From Candidatus Altimarinota bacterium (GTDB taxonomy: Bacteria > Patescibacteriota > Gracilibacteria > BD1-5 > UBA2023), in the NCBI GenBank assembly GCA_043722085.1, contig JAYSPL010000054.1, positions 1 to 33,415 of the forward strand: 33,415 nt of DNA, written 5' to 3'. Position 1 is the first letter of the stretch. Each line of letters opens with the position of its first letter. Of this stretch, positions 1 through 12,257 are shown one piece after another. Both the position numbers and the translations under genes were made by a program. A model generated the notes under the pieces. It was not told the origin of the DNA. It saw only the letters and a list, made by a program, of their open reading frames with translations, and ran no database searches.

Positions 1-2384
1 TGAGCGGCTTGGATGAATTTATCCCGTTGTTCCATCAGAAGTTCGAGTTTCTTTTTACCGATCGCTCGACGTAGGATATCAGCTTCACCCAGAGAAAAAC
101 CCGCAAATGCTTGTACGAGTTGCATAATTTGTTCTTGATAGACCGCAATTCCATAGGTGGGTTTCAAAATCGCTTCGAGAGAGAGATGAGGATATTCGAC
201 GATTTTACGTCCAAATTTACGATCGATAAATTCTGGGATATAGGCAAGTGGACCGGGACGATAGAGGGATACCATCGCGATAAGATCCTCAAAACTAGAG
301 GGCTTCAATTCCTTAAGATAGCGCCTCATCCCATCTGATTCAAACTGAAATACTCAGGTCATATCTCCTTCACCAAACAGAGCAAGTACCTTTTGGTCTT
401 CAAAATCGATTTTGAGAAGGTCTATCTTGATCGCGTGTTCTTCCTCCACAATCCGTACAGCACGGTCCAGGATCGCGAGATTCCTGAGACCGAGAAAATC
501 CATCTTGAGGAGTCCGAGTGCTTCCAATGGTCCTGCTGAAAACTGCGTCACGGTAGCCGTGAGATCCTTGGGAGGTGGCTGGAGTGGACAAAAATTGGTC
601 ATGGGCTCTGGTGCAATGATGACCGCACAGGCATGGACTCCGAGCTGACGAACGGTTCCCTCGAGTCGGATTGCGGCATCGATCACCTTCGTATATATTC
701 CCCCTTCATCGTATACTTTTTTGAATTCATTGGACTCCTCGAGGGCTTGTTTGAGAGTGATTCCTGGACGAGCTGGTATGAGCTTCGCAAAGATATTCAT
801 ATCCTCAAATGGGATCCCAAGGGCACGCCCGGCATCTTTGACCGCGGCACGAGCCGCAAGCGTACCAAATGTACACACTTGCGTAACTCGATCTGCTCCA
901 TATTTTTGTCTGACGTAGACCAGCACCTTATCGCGACCTTCATCAGAAAAATCCACATCAATATCGGGCATCGATACACGAGCCGGATTGAGAAATCGCT
1001 CAAAAAGAAGTCCGTATCGAAGTGGATCAATATCGGTTATTCCCGAAAGGTATGCAAGGATCGCTCATGCAGCTGACCCACGACCAGGTCATACTGGAAC
1101 TCCATTGGTTTTACCATATCGGATAAAATCCGCTACAATACAAAAGTATCCATTGAACCCCATAAGTTCTACTACCGCGAGCTCATATTCGAGTCGACGA
1201 ATAATATTTTTCTTTTCCTCTGACCAACTCTGAATGAGCTCTATTTTATCGACTGAATAATAAGACTCGGCAAGTGTATAGAGCTCCTCTACCGATCTAT
1301 CTGATATTTTTTTCTCTGATTTTATTATTGCAATTTTATGCAATAATATGTCTTGTTCATATGCAGAGATAGCAAACTCATAACGCGTATTGAGTCATTC
1401 GATACAGAGAGTTCTCAATAGCCACTCCTCAGATGGAAGTGTTTGAAACTGTATCACTCAGGTATTTTGATTTGCTGTATAGGCAACATAGGTTCTGTAT
1501 TGTTCTGACTCAGTATCTGAAAGAGGGAAAGTAGGAATCTTATACCCGCCATGCTCGATACGCAGATCGATCATCTTCGTTATCTTGAGTGCATTTTCAT
1601 AAGCCTTTGGGGCGTGCACGAATAACTCTTCCATTTCTCGATCTGACCTCACGCTATAGTCCCCATTCATGAGAGTCGATCGGTCTGGATCATCGAGCGC
1701 CCGTCCTGAGGCTACCGCCGACATCATATCCTGAACTCCAGCATCATCGGAAGTGAGATAATAGCTATTATTGGTTGCCACGTATTCATAGGAATGGATT
1801 TTCGAGAGACGCAGCATCGTCTCATTGATACTCGCTTGCATAGGACGATCCGGGTGCTCCTGGAGTTCGAGGTAGTAGCGATCGCGCCCAAAGAGTGTCT
1901 GATAGTATTCGATACGTTCACAGATATAGGCGTCTCATTTTCCAGTGATGATATGCTGAGATATCTCTCCATACATCGATCCAGAGAGCGCGATGATATC
2001 AGACTTATATTCCTCAAGAAGTTCAAAATCGATACGAGGCCGACCGTTGTAGTAGCCTTCCATTTGGGATCTTGTTACGAGATTGATGAGGTTTTTGTAT
2101 CAGTCATAATTCGAAGCAAGGAGCACTATCTCATAGAGTTCATTATCTTTATCGCGGTTGGCGCGTCATTTTTTAGAAATCTGAAATTCTACTCCAATAA
2201 TTGGCTGAATCCCCTCTGCCATACAGGCTTCATAAAATTCAAATGCCCCATACATATTTCACGCATCGGTAATCGCTATAGCCGATTGGCCAAGTAACTT
2301 TGCGCGCTTGGCAAGACCTTCTGGATCACCAAGCGCCTGTTGAAATGTATAGTGTGTATGGGTATGGAGATGGACGAAGGACAT
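1..2384 (-). CDS. dnaE: DNA polymerase III alpha subunit (3' end runs off the window)
   Basis: ATG at 2384 gives [12 protein letters not shown]. One frame with TGA=Gly contains [34 protein letters not shown] and YQEQIMQ. It joins track ORFs 1458-1841, 1089-1343 and 354-971. Confidence 0.97.
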
Positions 2385-2432
2385 GGCCGAAGTATATGAA
2401 AAATGGATAGAATTTCAAAAGATAGTCAAAAT

Positions 2433-2461
2433 TTGCTTTTTTACGCTCGTCCTGCTATCAT
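2433..2461 (+). promoter_or_regulatory. Putative sigma70 promoter
   Basis: TTGCTT-17 nt-TATCAT with an extended TG, 27 nt upstream of ATG 2489. Confidence 0.5.
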
Positions 2462-2488
2462 AGTTTCATATTCTTAATTTCTTCTCAT

Positions 2489-3271
2489 ATGTCAATGTTT
2501 GATAATCTCCTCACAAGAGTGCAACCTCCCCCAGTAGTATCCAGTCCTGTCAGTTCTACTGCTGCAGTTGGGGGAACTGGATATGTACCACAACAAGATC
2601 CACTCATGAGTACTGACTATGATAATTCTATAACGATGAGTAGTTCAACTCCTATTATCACGAGTCGTGATATAGTAGAGTCACCAGTACCAATACAAAC
2701 TGAGGCCCAAATATGAGCGCCGACACCGGTTCCAAAAATAGTAATCACCGATTCCTCATCTCTTGCGCCAATAGAAATGGCGAATGAAGTTGTGATCACG
2801 AGTATCGATACTCTACCTCTTATACCAGAGGTAACGCCAACAGATACTATTTCGAATGACATCGTCGCTTCTGAATCAGATATATCTTTTCCATTGTTTG
2901 ATATGATAGCCGACCCTACTCCAGCAGCTATAGTCATGAATGAGATTACTATAAATGAACCAAAATCAATACCAGAAAATACCCATTGACCAATATTTCG
3001 AGATACTGCAGAGTATATCGATCATGCTATTATCGAAGTTGGTAGACTTATGGTCGCACTTGATGCCGCGAATGATGCTAAACTCGTAGAACGAGATGAG
3101 TACAAAACACAGAAAGAACAGTTTGCAGAACTCGAGCAAAGCGCAGAATCAGAACACCAGAAGATGCTCATTGAACGAGCTCATGCGAAAAAGATGGAAA
3201 CCTATCTCAAGCATGAAAGAGAAAAGACAACATGAGCCGAAAATGATGATAGATTCGCCATTGCCGCATAA
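2489..3271 (+). CDS. Hypothetical protein (260 aa) with Pro/Ser/Thr-rich low-complexity N-terminus, helical C-terminus and ssrA-like tail
   Basis: Three same-frame track ORFs (2489, 2777, 3050) join through TGA. The protein ends ...GAENDDRFAIAA-TAA. Confidence 0.75.
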
Positions 3272-3306
3272 TAAAAAATTCCCGAAATTTCGGGAATTTT
3301 TTATTA
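3269..3306. terminator. Bidirectional intrinsic terminator (perfect 38-bp palindrome)
   Basis: TAATAAAAAATTCCCGAAATTTCGGGAATTTTTTATTA is its own reverse complement and spans both stop codons of the convergent genes. Confidence 0.85.
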
Positions 3307-4761
3307 ATGAAAGAATCTAATACGATCAGCACTTGGATGCGTACGGAGCTTCTCAAGTGTTTTTGCCTCAATCTGGCGAACTCGTTCACGAGTCACACCA
3401 AATTCACGACCTACCTCTTCGAGCGTATGCATATCACCCCCATCGAGACCAAATCGCATCACCACAATTTTCTTTTCACGAGGAGTGAGAAAGTCAAGCA
3501 TCTCATATAGGTTCTCTTTGAGAATAGCGAGATTGGTGGCTTTTTCGGGCGTTAGATACTTATCATCTTCCACAAAGTCACCGAGTGTCGTATCTTCTTC
3601 TCCACCTACTGGAGAATCCAGAGACAGGATATCTTGTGAGATTCGCATGATCTGACGGACCTTGCGTACGTCCATGCCTAGTTCGAGTGAGAGCTCTTCC
3701 ATAAGTGGCTCACGAGCAAGTTCCTGAGTCAGACGACGGTACGTATGATTGAATTTATTGATCGTCTCCACCATATGAACCGGAACACGGATAGTACGAG
3801 CCTGATCAGCAATGGCGCGAGTGACTCACTGACGAATCCACCAGGTGGCATAGGTCGAGAACTTGAATCCTCGATCAGGATCAAACTTATCCACCGCACG
3901 AAAAAGTCCCACATTTCCTTCTTGTACAAGATCCAAGAGACCAAGTCCGCGACCCATATACTTCTTGGCAATAGAGACTACCAGACGAAGATTGGCTTCA
4001 GCAAGTCGTTTGCGAGCCTCCTGATCACCTTGCTGGATAAGATGCCCGAGTCTGACCTCTTCATGCGCATCAATGAGAGAAAATCGACCAATCTCATTGA
4101 GATACATTCGAATGGAATCGTCTGAAATCTCTGAGAGATCAATCTCATCTTTTTTCTTTCAAGCATCCTTAAATACATCTTCTTGATCAAGCGAATCCAC
4201 GAGTTCAATTTTGAGTTTGGCAAGACGAGAGAATACCTCATCCATGACTTCAATATCATCTCCTGGTGGAAGCGCCGAGATGACTTCATCATAGACGAGT
4301 TTTCCTTCTGCTTTCCCTTTTTTTATAAGGAGCTGGAGATCATCACTGAGTCCATCCAAAAACTCTTGAGGAACCGTGACGTCGATAAATTTTTTGAGTG
4401 TTTTTTGGCGACGTTTATCCGTAAAAAAGTCCTTCGGTGTCTTGTAGGAGTCCTTCTTTTTTGTGTCGTCGTCACCGGAATCGTCGTCATCATCACCGGA
4501 ATCGTCGTCACCGGAATCGTCATCATCATCAAAGTCATCGTCAAAATCACGAGTAGTAATAGAATCCTCAAAGTCATCATCGTCATCATTCGACTTTTCT
4601 CGTTTTTGAGAAAAATCTTTTATTTTTTCTTCTTTTACTGAGGATAGTACCTTCGTATCCCGTGAAGTAAGACTATCGAGGCTAATAGAAGTAAGATCTA
4701 TCAAGGAGAGATCTATCTCTTCGATCTGTGATTCATCATTTGTTTTTTTTACTTTGGTCAT
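3304..4761 (-). CDS. rpoD: Primary RNA polymerase sigma factor RpoD (485 aa) with a long acidic N-terminus
   Basis: [49 protein letters not shown]. Three same-frame ORFs are joined by TGA. Confidence 0.97.
4472..4521. repeat. Coding tandem repeat (DDSGD units) in the rpoD acidic region
   Basis: TCACCGGAATCGTC occurs at 4472, 4493 and 4508. Confidence 0.8.
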
Positions 4762-4776
4762 GGGAAAATGTTAGGA

Positions 4777-6483
4777 TTATCTTCTCAGTCCGAGTTGTTT
4801 CTCTTTCTGACTGAGGGTCGTATAGATCTGGAGATACTCAGAACTATTTGGGTCAATATGTTCGAGTTTCTTTTGTTTTTCCAGAGAAAAAAGCTGGGAG
4901 TGCAATCAACGTAAGAGATCCCGAAACCCTCGTTCAATGAGTTCAGGATTGGCGTCAATGTGGTCTGATTCAAGATGGAGATCAATGATACGGAGCATCT
5001 CAATATCATCACTCTCGAGTGTAGCGAGGAGAGTACGCGAGAGGAGTGCAGTATCTGTCTCATTCGTCAAATCGCCTACAGTATACAGAAAATTATCAGA
5101 AAACAAGTCTAAAAATTGATACCGGTAAATATAGCCCGCTATCGTATCCGCGAGGGACGGTGCATATTTTTTGAGAGTTGTACTATCTGTTGATTCATTT
5201 TCTTTTTTTACCTCAATTCGCTGCTTTTTGCTGACTTCTTGGCGAATTTTTTTGTATTCGATATAGAGTGCCTCCATGCCCACAAAGAGTTGTTTGGATA
5301 TTTCCTGAAGATAAAAATCCACCTCAAGCTGGCTCCCAAGGCGAATAATAATCTCAAGACACTTTTCGATTAATTTTTTTTTGCCGATCATCGTCGTCAT
5401 ATCATATTCTCGACCTCACTCCTGCAGATAAAAATCAATGACAGAGAGTGAGCTCGAGCGAAGTGCAAGAAAATCACCTCCTCACTTAATATAATCATCT
5501 GGATCTTTCCCACTGGGAATATGGATGATACGAATCTCAATGTCCTCATTGAGAAGATTCTCAATAGAGGAGAAGGTAGCCTTCATCCCAGCATTATCAC
5601 TATCGAGCGCAAGGTATATCGTAGTTGAGAACCGTTTGAGTATTCGAATATGTTCTTTGGTGAGAGCAGTTCCACTGATCCCAACCGCATTATCGATACC
5701 CGCTTGATGGAGAGCAATCGTATCCATCTGTCATTCCACGATGAACGCTGCTCCTGTTTTTGATATCGATTGTTTTGCGAGGTGGAGTCCATAGAGAATC
5801 GAGCTCTTATCAAAAATATGGGAAGCCGGTGAATTGAGATACTTCGGGAGTGCATCCGTGAGAACCCGACCCGTGAATGCAACGGTGTGTCACATGGTAT
5901 TGGCTATCGGGAATGTTATCCGACCAAAAAACTTATCACGAGTTTCGGAAACAAAGAGTCAAGATTCGATAATAAAAGCCGTATCAAATCCAGAATTTTT
6001 CAGTGAAAATAAGAGATCACGAGGGGATGGAGAATATCCAAGCTGGAATTTTCGAATGGTCTCCAGAGAAATCTTTCGATCAGTCAGATAGGCCAGGGCA
6101 GATGCATTTTCTGGAAGAAAAATGGCCTGATGATACCACTCTGTTGCTTCCTTATAGAGTTTGTAGAGATCCTTACCTCGTTCACTCTGTGCCACGGAAA
6201 ACTGTGTTTTCATCTCGATCCCTGCCTCTTTGGCCAGGATCGTAATCGCTTCACGAAAGTCAATTTTCTCAATTTCCATCAGAAAATTGATAGGCCCACC
6301 ACCCTTACCGCAAGAGAAACAATGGGCAATATTTTTGGTAGGAGATATGACGAATGATGGGCTTTTTTCGTTATGAAATGGACAGAGTCACTTATAGTTG
6401 ACTCCTGCTTTTTTGGTAGATACATACCGGTTTACAATATCAAGTATCTGGATGCGAGATTCGATATCTTGTGCGAGTGCCAT
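4777..6483 (-). CDS. dnaG: DNA primase (568 aa)
   Basis: Zn-finger GLCPFHNEKSPSF...HCFSCG, KYLNSP, TOPRIM VEGQMD, LDSDNAG and KDPDD; continuous with TGA=Gly. Confidence 0.96.
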
Positions 6484-6484
6484 A

Positions 6485-8125
6485 TTATTTTTTGATCACA
6501 AATTCAATATTATCGATATTTCCAGAAACGGATCGATTCCAGAATGGATACGAACTGATCGTTACCTCCTTGACGTGACCCGTATTGAGGAGTCTCGTGA
6601 TGGCTTCTGATTTGAGCAGTCCTGCAATGGTCACCTTCAGGTAATGGGTCAACTGATTTTTTGGATCTTCAAAGTCATGCGCAATACTCGTATTCATCTC
6701 CATCGTCGCCTTAATCGTAGAATCATCAGGAGATCTTGATATAATCGAACTAATGCGAAGTGTATCCGTAAGTATGGCGACTTCGCGATCCGTTCCACTG
6801 AGAAGTCCGTCATGAAATATATCCGTAAGGTAGGCGACAGTCGCCTTTTTATCATAGGCAAGTGCTGTCACGGTGACCAATCCTTTCATTTCGATCTCTT
6901 CCGCAAAATCACCATACTTTTGTCCAGATACTATCTCGAATGTTTCACCCGTGAACGCGACCGCATCGCCGGAAAAGAGAACAAAGTCATCACTTGAGGT
7001 TTCTTTTGTATCATCAAGATTCTTTTGGAGTGCATTACGAGCGATTCGATGCAACTGCTCCTTGAGGATTCAAGTAATTTTTTTTATCTCTTCATCAGCA
7101 ACGATATGGATACGGGGATGCTCTCCTCCCACAAAATCGTTCTTTGATTTTGCGTAGATTTTATCTCGATTGAATTTGAGTCCTGGGATCGTAAAATCAA
7201 CTCCCGATGCAATATTTCATTTTTCTCAAATAGTTCTACCAGCATCATCTCGAACCGAGGCAATCACATTCGCATCAATCGATCCCATTTCTGTGATTCC
7301 ATTGATCGAACGAGACGGTGGCACATTGATCCAGTTTACGGAGCGAAACACAATTCCATCAAGGGTAATAAACCTTGTCTGTGGCTTGAGTGCCTGGGCA
7401 GTTGGGAGCTCATTAAAGATAGTGATCGTTCCCCTCGCGTTCGTCGTAGAATTGGGATCCACCGTCTCCAATTGAAACTTCATAGAATGCGTTATGGGAA
7501 TTCTTATTTTTTTGAGAGAGAGTGTATTTTTGGAAGAGAGAAGTGATCCTGATGTGGTAGTATAGACGATATTCGTACTGATCGGGCGAATTGATATCTG
7601 TGGAGTGATAGTGATGATCGTTTTTGATACTGCAAAATGAAAAATAAACAGAAGGAGCGTCATGGACATAATGAGTCCGACAATAATAAGTGCAAAATGA
7701 GATCCGCTTTTTTTGATATGAATAATTCTCTTATTCGCCTTTGTTTTTTCAAATATAAGAAACCACAGGTACTGGATTCCTCGTTTGATCTCATAACGAA
7801 GGTATTCAAGCATCGACATATTATGGGTTGTCAGATTCTTATCACCATACTGACGATCAAATTCTGCCTGTGTTCCAGTCATTTCCATCTGAATTCAGAG
7901 TGACCTAGCGATCACTGCGGAGGCCTTATCTGAGAGAATCACACGGTATGTATCACTCGGCAAACGACGAGTGAGTACCAAGAAAAAATCCCGAGAAAGC
8001 GGAAAATTGGCGGCCGATAAATCAATAATCATACACTCATGATTGTCCTTATATTCTCGGGCAATTTCCTTGAGCGCCATCATCTGAGTCATATCACGAG
8101 TAATGTAGAGTACTTTCTTATTCAT
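6485..8125 (-). CDS. Single-pass membrane protein with a baseplate-J/gp47-like extracellular region (546 aa)
   Basis: One TM segment (FALIIVGLIMSMTLLLFIFHF), then ARGTITIFN...QALKPQTRFITLDGIVFR, a pattern recalled from CPR proteins encoded after ftsA-like genes. The start overlaps the upstream stop. Confidence 0.6.
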
Positions 8126-9317
8126 ATTGATAGAGAACATAACGAAGTATTCGAACGAGTGGATCTTTTTTAACGAGAAGGAGCTCCTTTGCCATCAGGG
8201 AGAGACCATACACTACACACTGATCATGTTCTATTTTCGGATGAAGTGCTTCATACAGGTGTTTTTTTTTGATCTCATACCCAAATTCTTCCTCAAGAGA
8301 ATGAGCAAATTCCCGATAGATAACACTGTTTTCAAAAATATTTCCATGAAGAAAAAGGTACTTAAATTGTAGACTCATCCCTTCACTTTGAAGGTATCCG
8401 AAGATAGCATCACGAATATAGGAGAGAAACTCGTCCAAACACTCACGATACATTCCAGATTGAAACTCAGAGTGAGCGCAGATGATATTTTCAATCTGAA
8501 GGAGGGAATACTCGGGATGATGCAGAGCAATCAATTCCATAAGCATCTCTGTACCATAGGAGAAGGTTTCAAATCCCAATATTTCATTCTTACGGAGCAC
8601 GGTCACCGTCGTATGTCCGTAGCCAATATCAACGAGAAGGGTATTGTCAGCAATGACTTCCAGGGCTTCGATCAGTTTTGGAAGGATGAGTGGCTCTGGA
8701 ATAAGCGATATAATACGTTTATTCAAGCGCGAAGCAATGGACCTCATAATATTGAATTCACTTGATGGAACGAATACATTGAGTACCGTGAGCCGGATAC
8801 GTCAGCCAGAAAAACCAATCGGACTCGATACACTACGCCCATCAATTTGAATTGAGATAATAGTAGATGAGATTAATTTGAGATCATCACTGATGACCCC
8901 AAATTGTGTTTGACTTTTTATTCGAGCCCGTTCATACGAAGTTTTCTCAATACGTTTGATCATCGTATCAATTTCCTGCATCGTGAGAACGCTCTCTCGA
9001 TCATCCCTATTATACTGTGTAGTAACGAGATCTGATATAAACGCATGAGATGGAAAACTCATGATGATATCCTCAGGAATATCATCATGAAGATCTCATG
9101 CCTGCAGTATCGCTTGTTCGATAATAGAAGCAATACCACTGATATCAAGTACGACTCCTTGCGCGAAATTCTTACGACTCTGTCGTACACTAGAAAATCC
9201 TGTACACGATAAGGCTCATTCGGAAACGTTGTAGATTCCGACTCTCGCGCGGTAGAGACCAAGATCAATAGCGATAAAACGATGATAATCGTGGATATGA
9301 GTCAGACGAAACGACAT
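8118..9317 (-). CDS. FtsA-like actin-fold protein (399 aa)
   Basis: N-terminal FIAIDLG, IQIDG..VSSPIGFSG and LLVDIGYGHTTV phosphate-loop motifs; divergent from canonical FtsA. Confidence 0.75.
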
Positions 9318-9503
9318 GAAAAGAAAGAGGGTGGGAATATACGAGGTAATCATATGGAAATCTCGGAAAAATCAACTAAAAATAACACCGAGAAAAAGAA
9401 TGATACAATATAAAACGCTCAGTAGAAACTCCCACGAATACCAATTGATTTCGAGACGTAGAAAAAACTCAATACATATTTGCATAAATACAAAATATAT
9501 GGC

Positions 9504-10451
9504 ATGATAACTGCATATATGAAGACATCCGGCCTTATGACATCGCGAAAAAATAGTTTCATTAGTATTGTTACTTGGATACTGATGAGTATCTCCACGA
9601 CGATCTTGTACCGCTATATTCAAAATACGGCACACTGGAGCCCATCGGATCTCAACTTTATTGATACTATTTATAGATTTACCCAGATACTGATCCTCAT
9701 AATTTTTGCAGTACACACGATTAGTGCGCTCTTTCGTGAGATCGAACACTCATTTTTGGTTGATGGAACAATTATCAGACGATTTCTTCCGTTGATCAAG
9801 GTTATTACGATATCCGTGATATGGATTACTGGTAGTTTTTATATACTCGATAGTCTCCACGTCAATACGAGCAGTATCCTTACCGGTGCGGGAATCGGAT
9901 GAGTACTCCTCGCTATCGCGAGTCGTGATATTATCACCAATTTATTCGGTAGCCTTTCGATCCTTCTCTCTCGAACCTTTGAGATCGGTGAGATTATTCG
10001 TGTCCAACTCAAGTCAAGCGTTGCCTATGAGTGACTCGTTGAGGAGATTACCCTCAATTATACGAAGATGACCCGATTAACGGGAGAAGTAGTATTTATC
10101 CCAAACCGATTGATCTATACCGAAACTCTCGAAAATATATCCAGGCGCCGTTTTTTTGACTATACATATCGTATCCCATTTCGCAAGCAATCAAATACTG
10201 ATGATATCAGAACTCGTATGCGTATCATTGAAGGGAAGATTGCGAGTTATGATCCTATTGAAGTTCTCTATGAGACGGAGATCCCAAATGCGGTTGATTT
10301 GGTCTACAAGATTACCATTATGCTTCCAGAAGCAAACGAAACATTCGATGCTGAGATGAGGCACTTCCTTATGGGACATATATTTATAGAGCCAGAAAAG
10401 GAGCATATAGAGACAGCAAGGATCTGAACAATCTCTGATTTGCAAAAATAA
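9504..10451 (+). CDS. mscS: Small-conductance mechanosensitive channel, MscS family (about 315 aa)
   Basis: SSILTGAGIGGVLLAIASRDIITNLFGSLSILLSRTFEIGEII...GLVEEITLNYT...VFIPN. The start is uncertain (9504 or 9519). Confidence 0.9.
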
Positions 10452-10480
10452 AAATCCTCCTATAATCACTAGGATTTTTT
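10440..10480 (+). promoter_or_regulatory. Terminator-like hairpin overlapping a putative mraY promoter
   Basis: AAAAATCCT...AGGATTTTT arms with TATAAT in the loop; TTGCAA lies 15 nt upstream of TATAAT. Confidence 0.45.
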
Positions 10481-10500
10481 GTAACGTATTCCCACTTTTC

Positions 10501-11562
10501 ATGTCCAATCTTATCTTTATTCTCACAAGTTTGATTATTACGGCAATTATTACGATACTGCTTATGCCATCGGGGATACGACTTTTTACAAGACTCTGAC
10601 TGGGGAAAAATATACGAAGCGAATGACTCATTGGAAAAGCACTTGAATTTTCAGAACTCCATGCGAAAAAAAAAGGAACGCCAACCATGTGAGGTGTGAT
10701 AATAATTGCGATCATTCTATGAGTCGTGCTTGTTTCGGTGCTGATACAGTACTATGGACATGGGCTCTCGGAAATATTTGGGGTCAGTTTTCGATACAGT
10801 CTCTGGAACAGACGAGAAACCTATATTGTGATATTTACGCTCGTCAGCGTTGGAATAATTGGTATGGTAGATGATTACCTCAATATCAGAGAGATTGGAA
10901 GAACCAAGTGACTCTCCGTAAAAGTAAAAATGTGACTCCTCATCCTATTTGCATTTGTATGAGCCTATTGGTTTTATGATAAACTCAGCTACAGTGGTAT
11001 GAATCTTCCATTCTACGGGCACGTTGAGCTTGGGATTCTCTATATACCACTCTTTATCCTTATCCTTATCGCAACTGCTAATAGTGTCAATATCACTGAT
11101 GGTCTGGATGGACTCGCTGGTGGACTGTTACTGTTTCAGTTTCTCGCCTATGGAGCCATTACATATCTCCAGGGAATGTTTATCTTATCGGCTTTTTGTA
11201 TGATTATCGTGGGAGTCCTTATGTGATTTTTATGGTACAACATTCATCCGGCTAAGATATTTATGGGTGATACCGGTTCACTTGCCCTCGGGGCCACACT
11301 GGCTGTCATCGCCATGATGACTGATACACTCCTCGCATTTGTTGTGATGAGTAGTATATTTATAGGAGAGACCCTCTCTGTGATTATCCAAATAGCAAGT
11401 AAAAAGTTCCGTAATGGAAAAAAAATATTTCGAATTGCTCCGTTCCACCATCATCTTGAGGCTATTGGGTGGGAAGAAGAGACGATCGTGATGCGTCTTT
11501 GGCTTATAGGAATGGTGTTGACCATAGCGGGTACCATTATCGCACTTATTGGTAAGATATAA
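10501..11562 (+). CDS. mraY: Phospho-N-acetylmuramoyl-pentapeptide transferase (353 aa)
   Basis: KKGTPTMGG (first G is TGA), [34 protein letters not shown]. Confidence 0.97.
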
Positions 11563-11593
11563 GTTTTACCGTTGATATAGAAGCGTTGCCTTA

Positions 11594-11725
11594 TATACAG
11601 GCCTTTTCTCTAGGAAGAGAGATCTCATTACGACTTTCTATCTTGTATCATTTTTGTATTCAGTCGTATATCTATTTTTCCGCATCCCAGAGCCATTTCC
11701 GCATCTAGAAGGGAAGAGGCGTATA
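11594..11725. ncRNA. Candidate structured RNA (long imperfect hairpin)
   Basis: Nested pairings TATACaggccttttctcta/tagaagggaagaggcGTATA, GGAAGAGAGAT/ATCTATTTTTCC and TACGACT/AGTCGTA in a 300-bp intergenic gap. Confidence 0.3.
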
Positions 11726-11799
11726 CCATCGATATCCCTTTGTTAGACAGGAAAAAAAACTCTTGACAAGTGAAATCGCCCATAAAAAAAATAAAAAAA

Positions 11800-11827
11800 T
11801 TGCATTTCTATTGCCTCTGCCTATAAT
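11800..11827 (+). promoter_or_regulatory. Putative promoter of the HU gene
   Basis: TTGCAT-16 nt-TATAAT, 36 nt upstream of ATG 11864. Confidence 0.5.
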
Positions 11828-11863
11828 CGTATCTGTCCTTTATTTCTTAATTTTTTATTACTC

Positions 11864-12136
11864 ATGAAAAAGCAGGACTTTATCAAAGCAGTTGCAGCTA
11901 AGGCTGGTCTCAGTCAAGATGCTGTTACAAAGGCGCTCACGGCTCAGATCGAAGTAATCACAAAATCACTCAAAAAAGGTGAAGAAGTGAATGTCACTGG
12001 TTTCGGTGCATGGAAGATCTCGAATCGTGCGGCTCGTAATGGTGTCAACCCTAAAACAGGTGCAAAAATTCAGATCGCCGCTATGAAGACTCCGGTCTTT
12101 CGAGCTGGTAAAACTCTGAAGGAAGCAGTTCGCTAG
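11864..12136 (+). CDS. hup: DNA-binding protein HU (90 aa)
   Basis: MKKQDFIKAVA...VTGFGAW...RAARNGVNPKTG...PVFRAGKTLKEAV. Confidence 0.97.
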   Translation: MKKQDFIKAVAAKAGLSQDAVTKALTAQIEVITKSLKKGEEVNVTGFGAWKISNRAARNGVNPKTGAKIQIAAMKTPVFRAGKTLKEAVR

Positions 12137-12163
12137 TCGACATTCTTATTCATATAGATTCAT

Positions 12164-12190
12164 AAATACCTCTTATTTGAGGTATTTTTT
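12164..12190 (+). terminator. Intrinsic terminator after hup
   Basis: AAATACCTC-ttattt-GAGGTATTT followed by a T run. Confidence 0.8.
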
Positions 12191-12257
12191 GATAATTTTT
12201 GCTTTTTAAAAGAAATCGATATATACTATCTCTATATTCGATAATTACATTCGACCC

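Noticed and set aside
111-2297. Plus-strand ORFs over dnaE (e.g. 633-1076, 1794-2297) and similar shadow ORFs such as 4183-4641, 15779-16348 and 17864-18334
   Set aside because: They are antisense shadows of well-supported genes and carry no motifs.
3100-3400. A tmRNA gene around the tag-like peptide
   Set aside because: No tRNA-like 5' end or T-arm/CCA 3' end was seen. The tag is in frame with a long ORF and runs straight into a terminator and rpoD.
6485-8125. Prophage or contractile injection system
   Set aside because: It is a lone baseplate-like gene with a TM anchor among housekeeping genes, with no sheath, tube or capsid genes.
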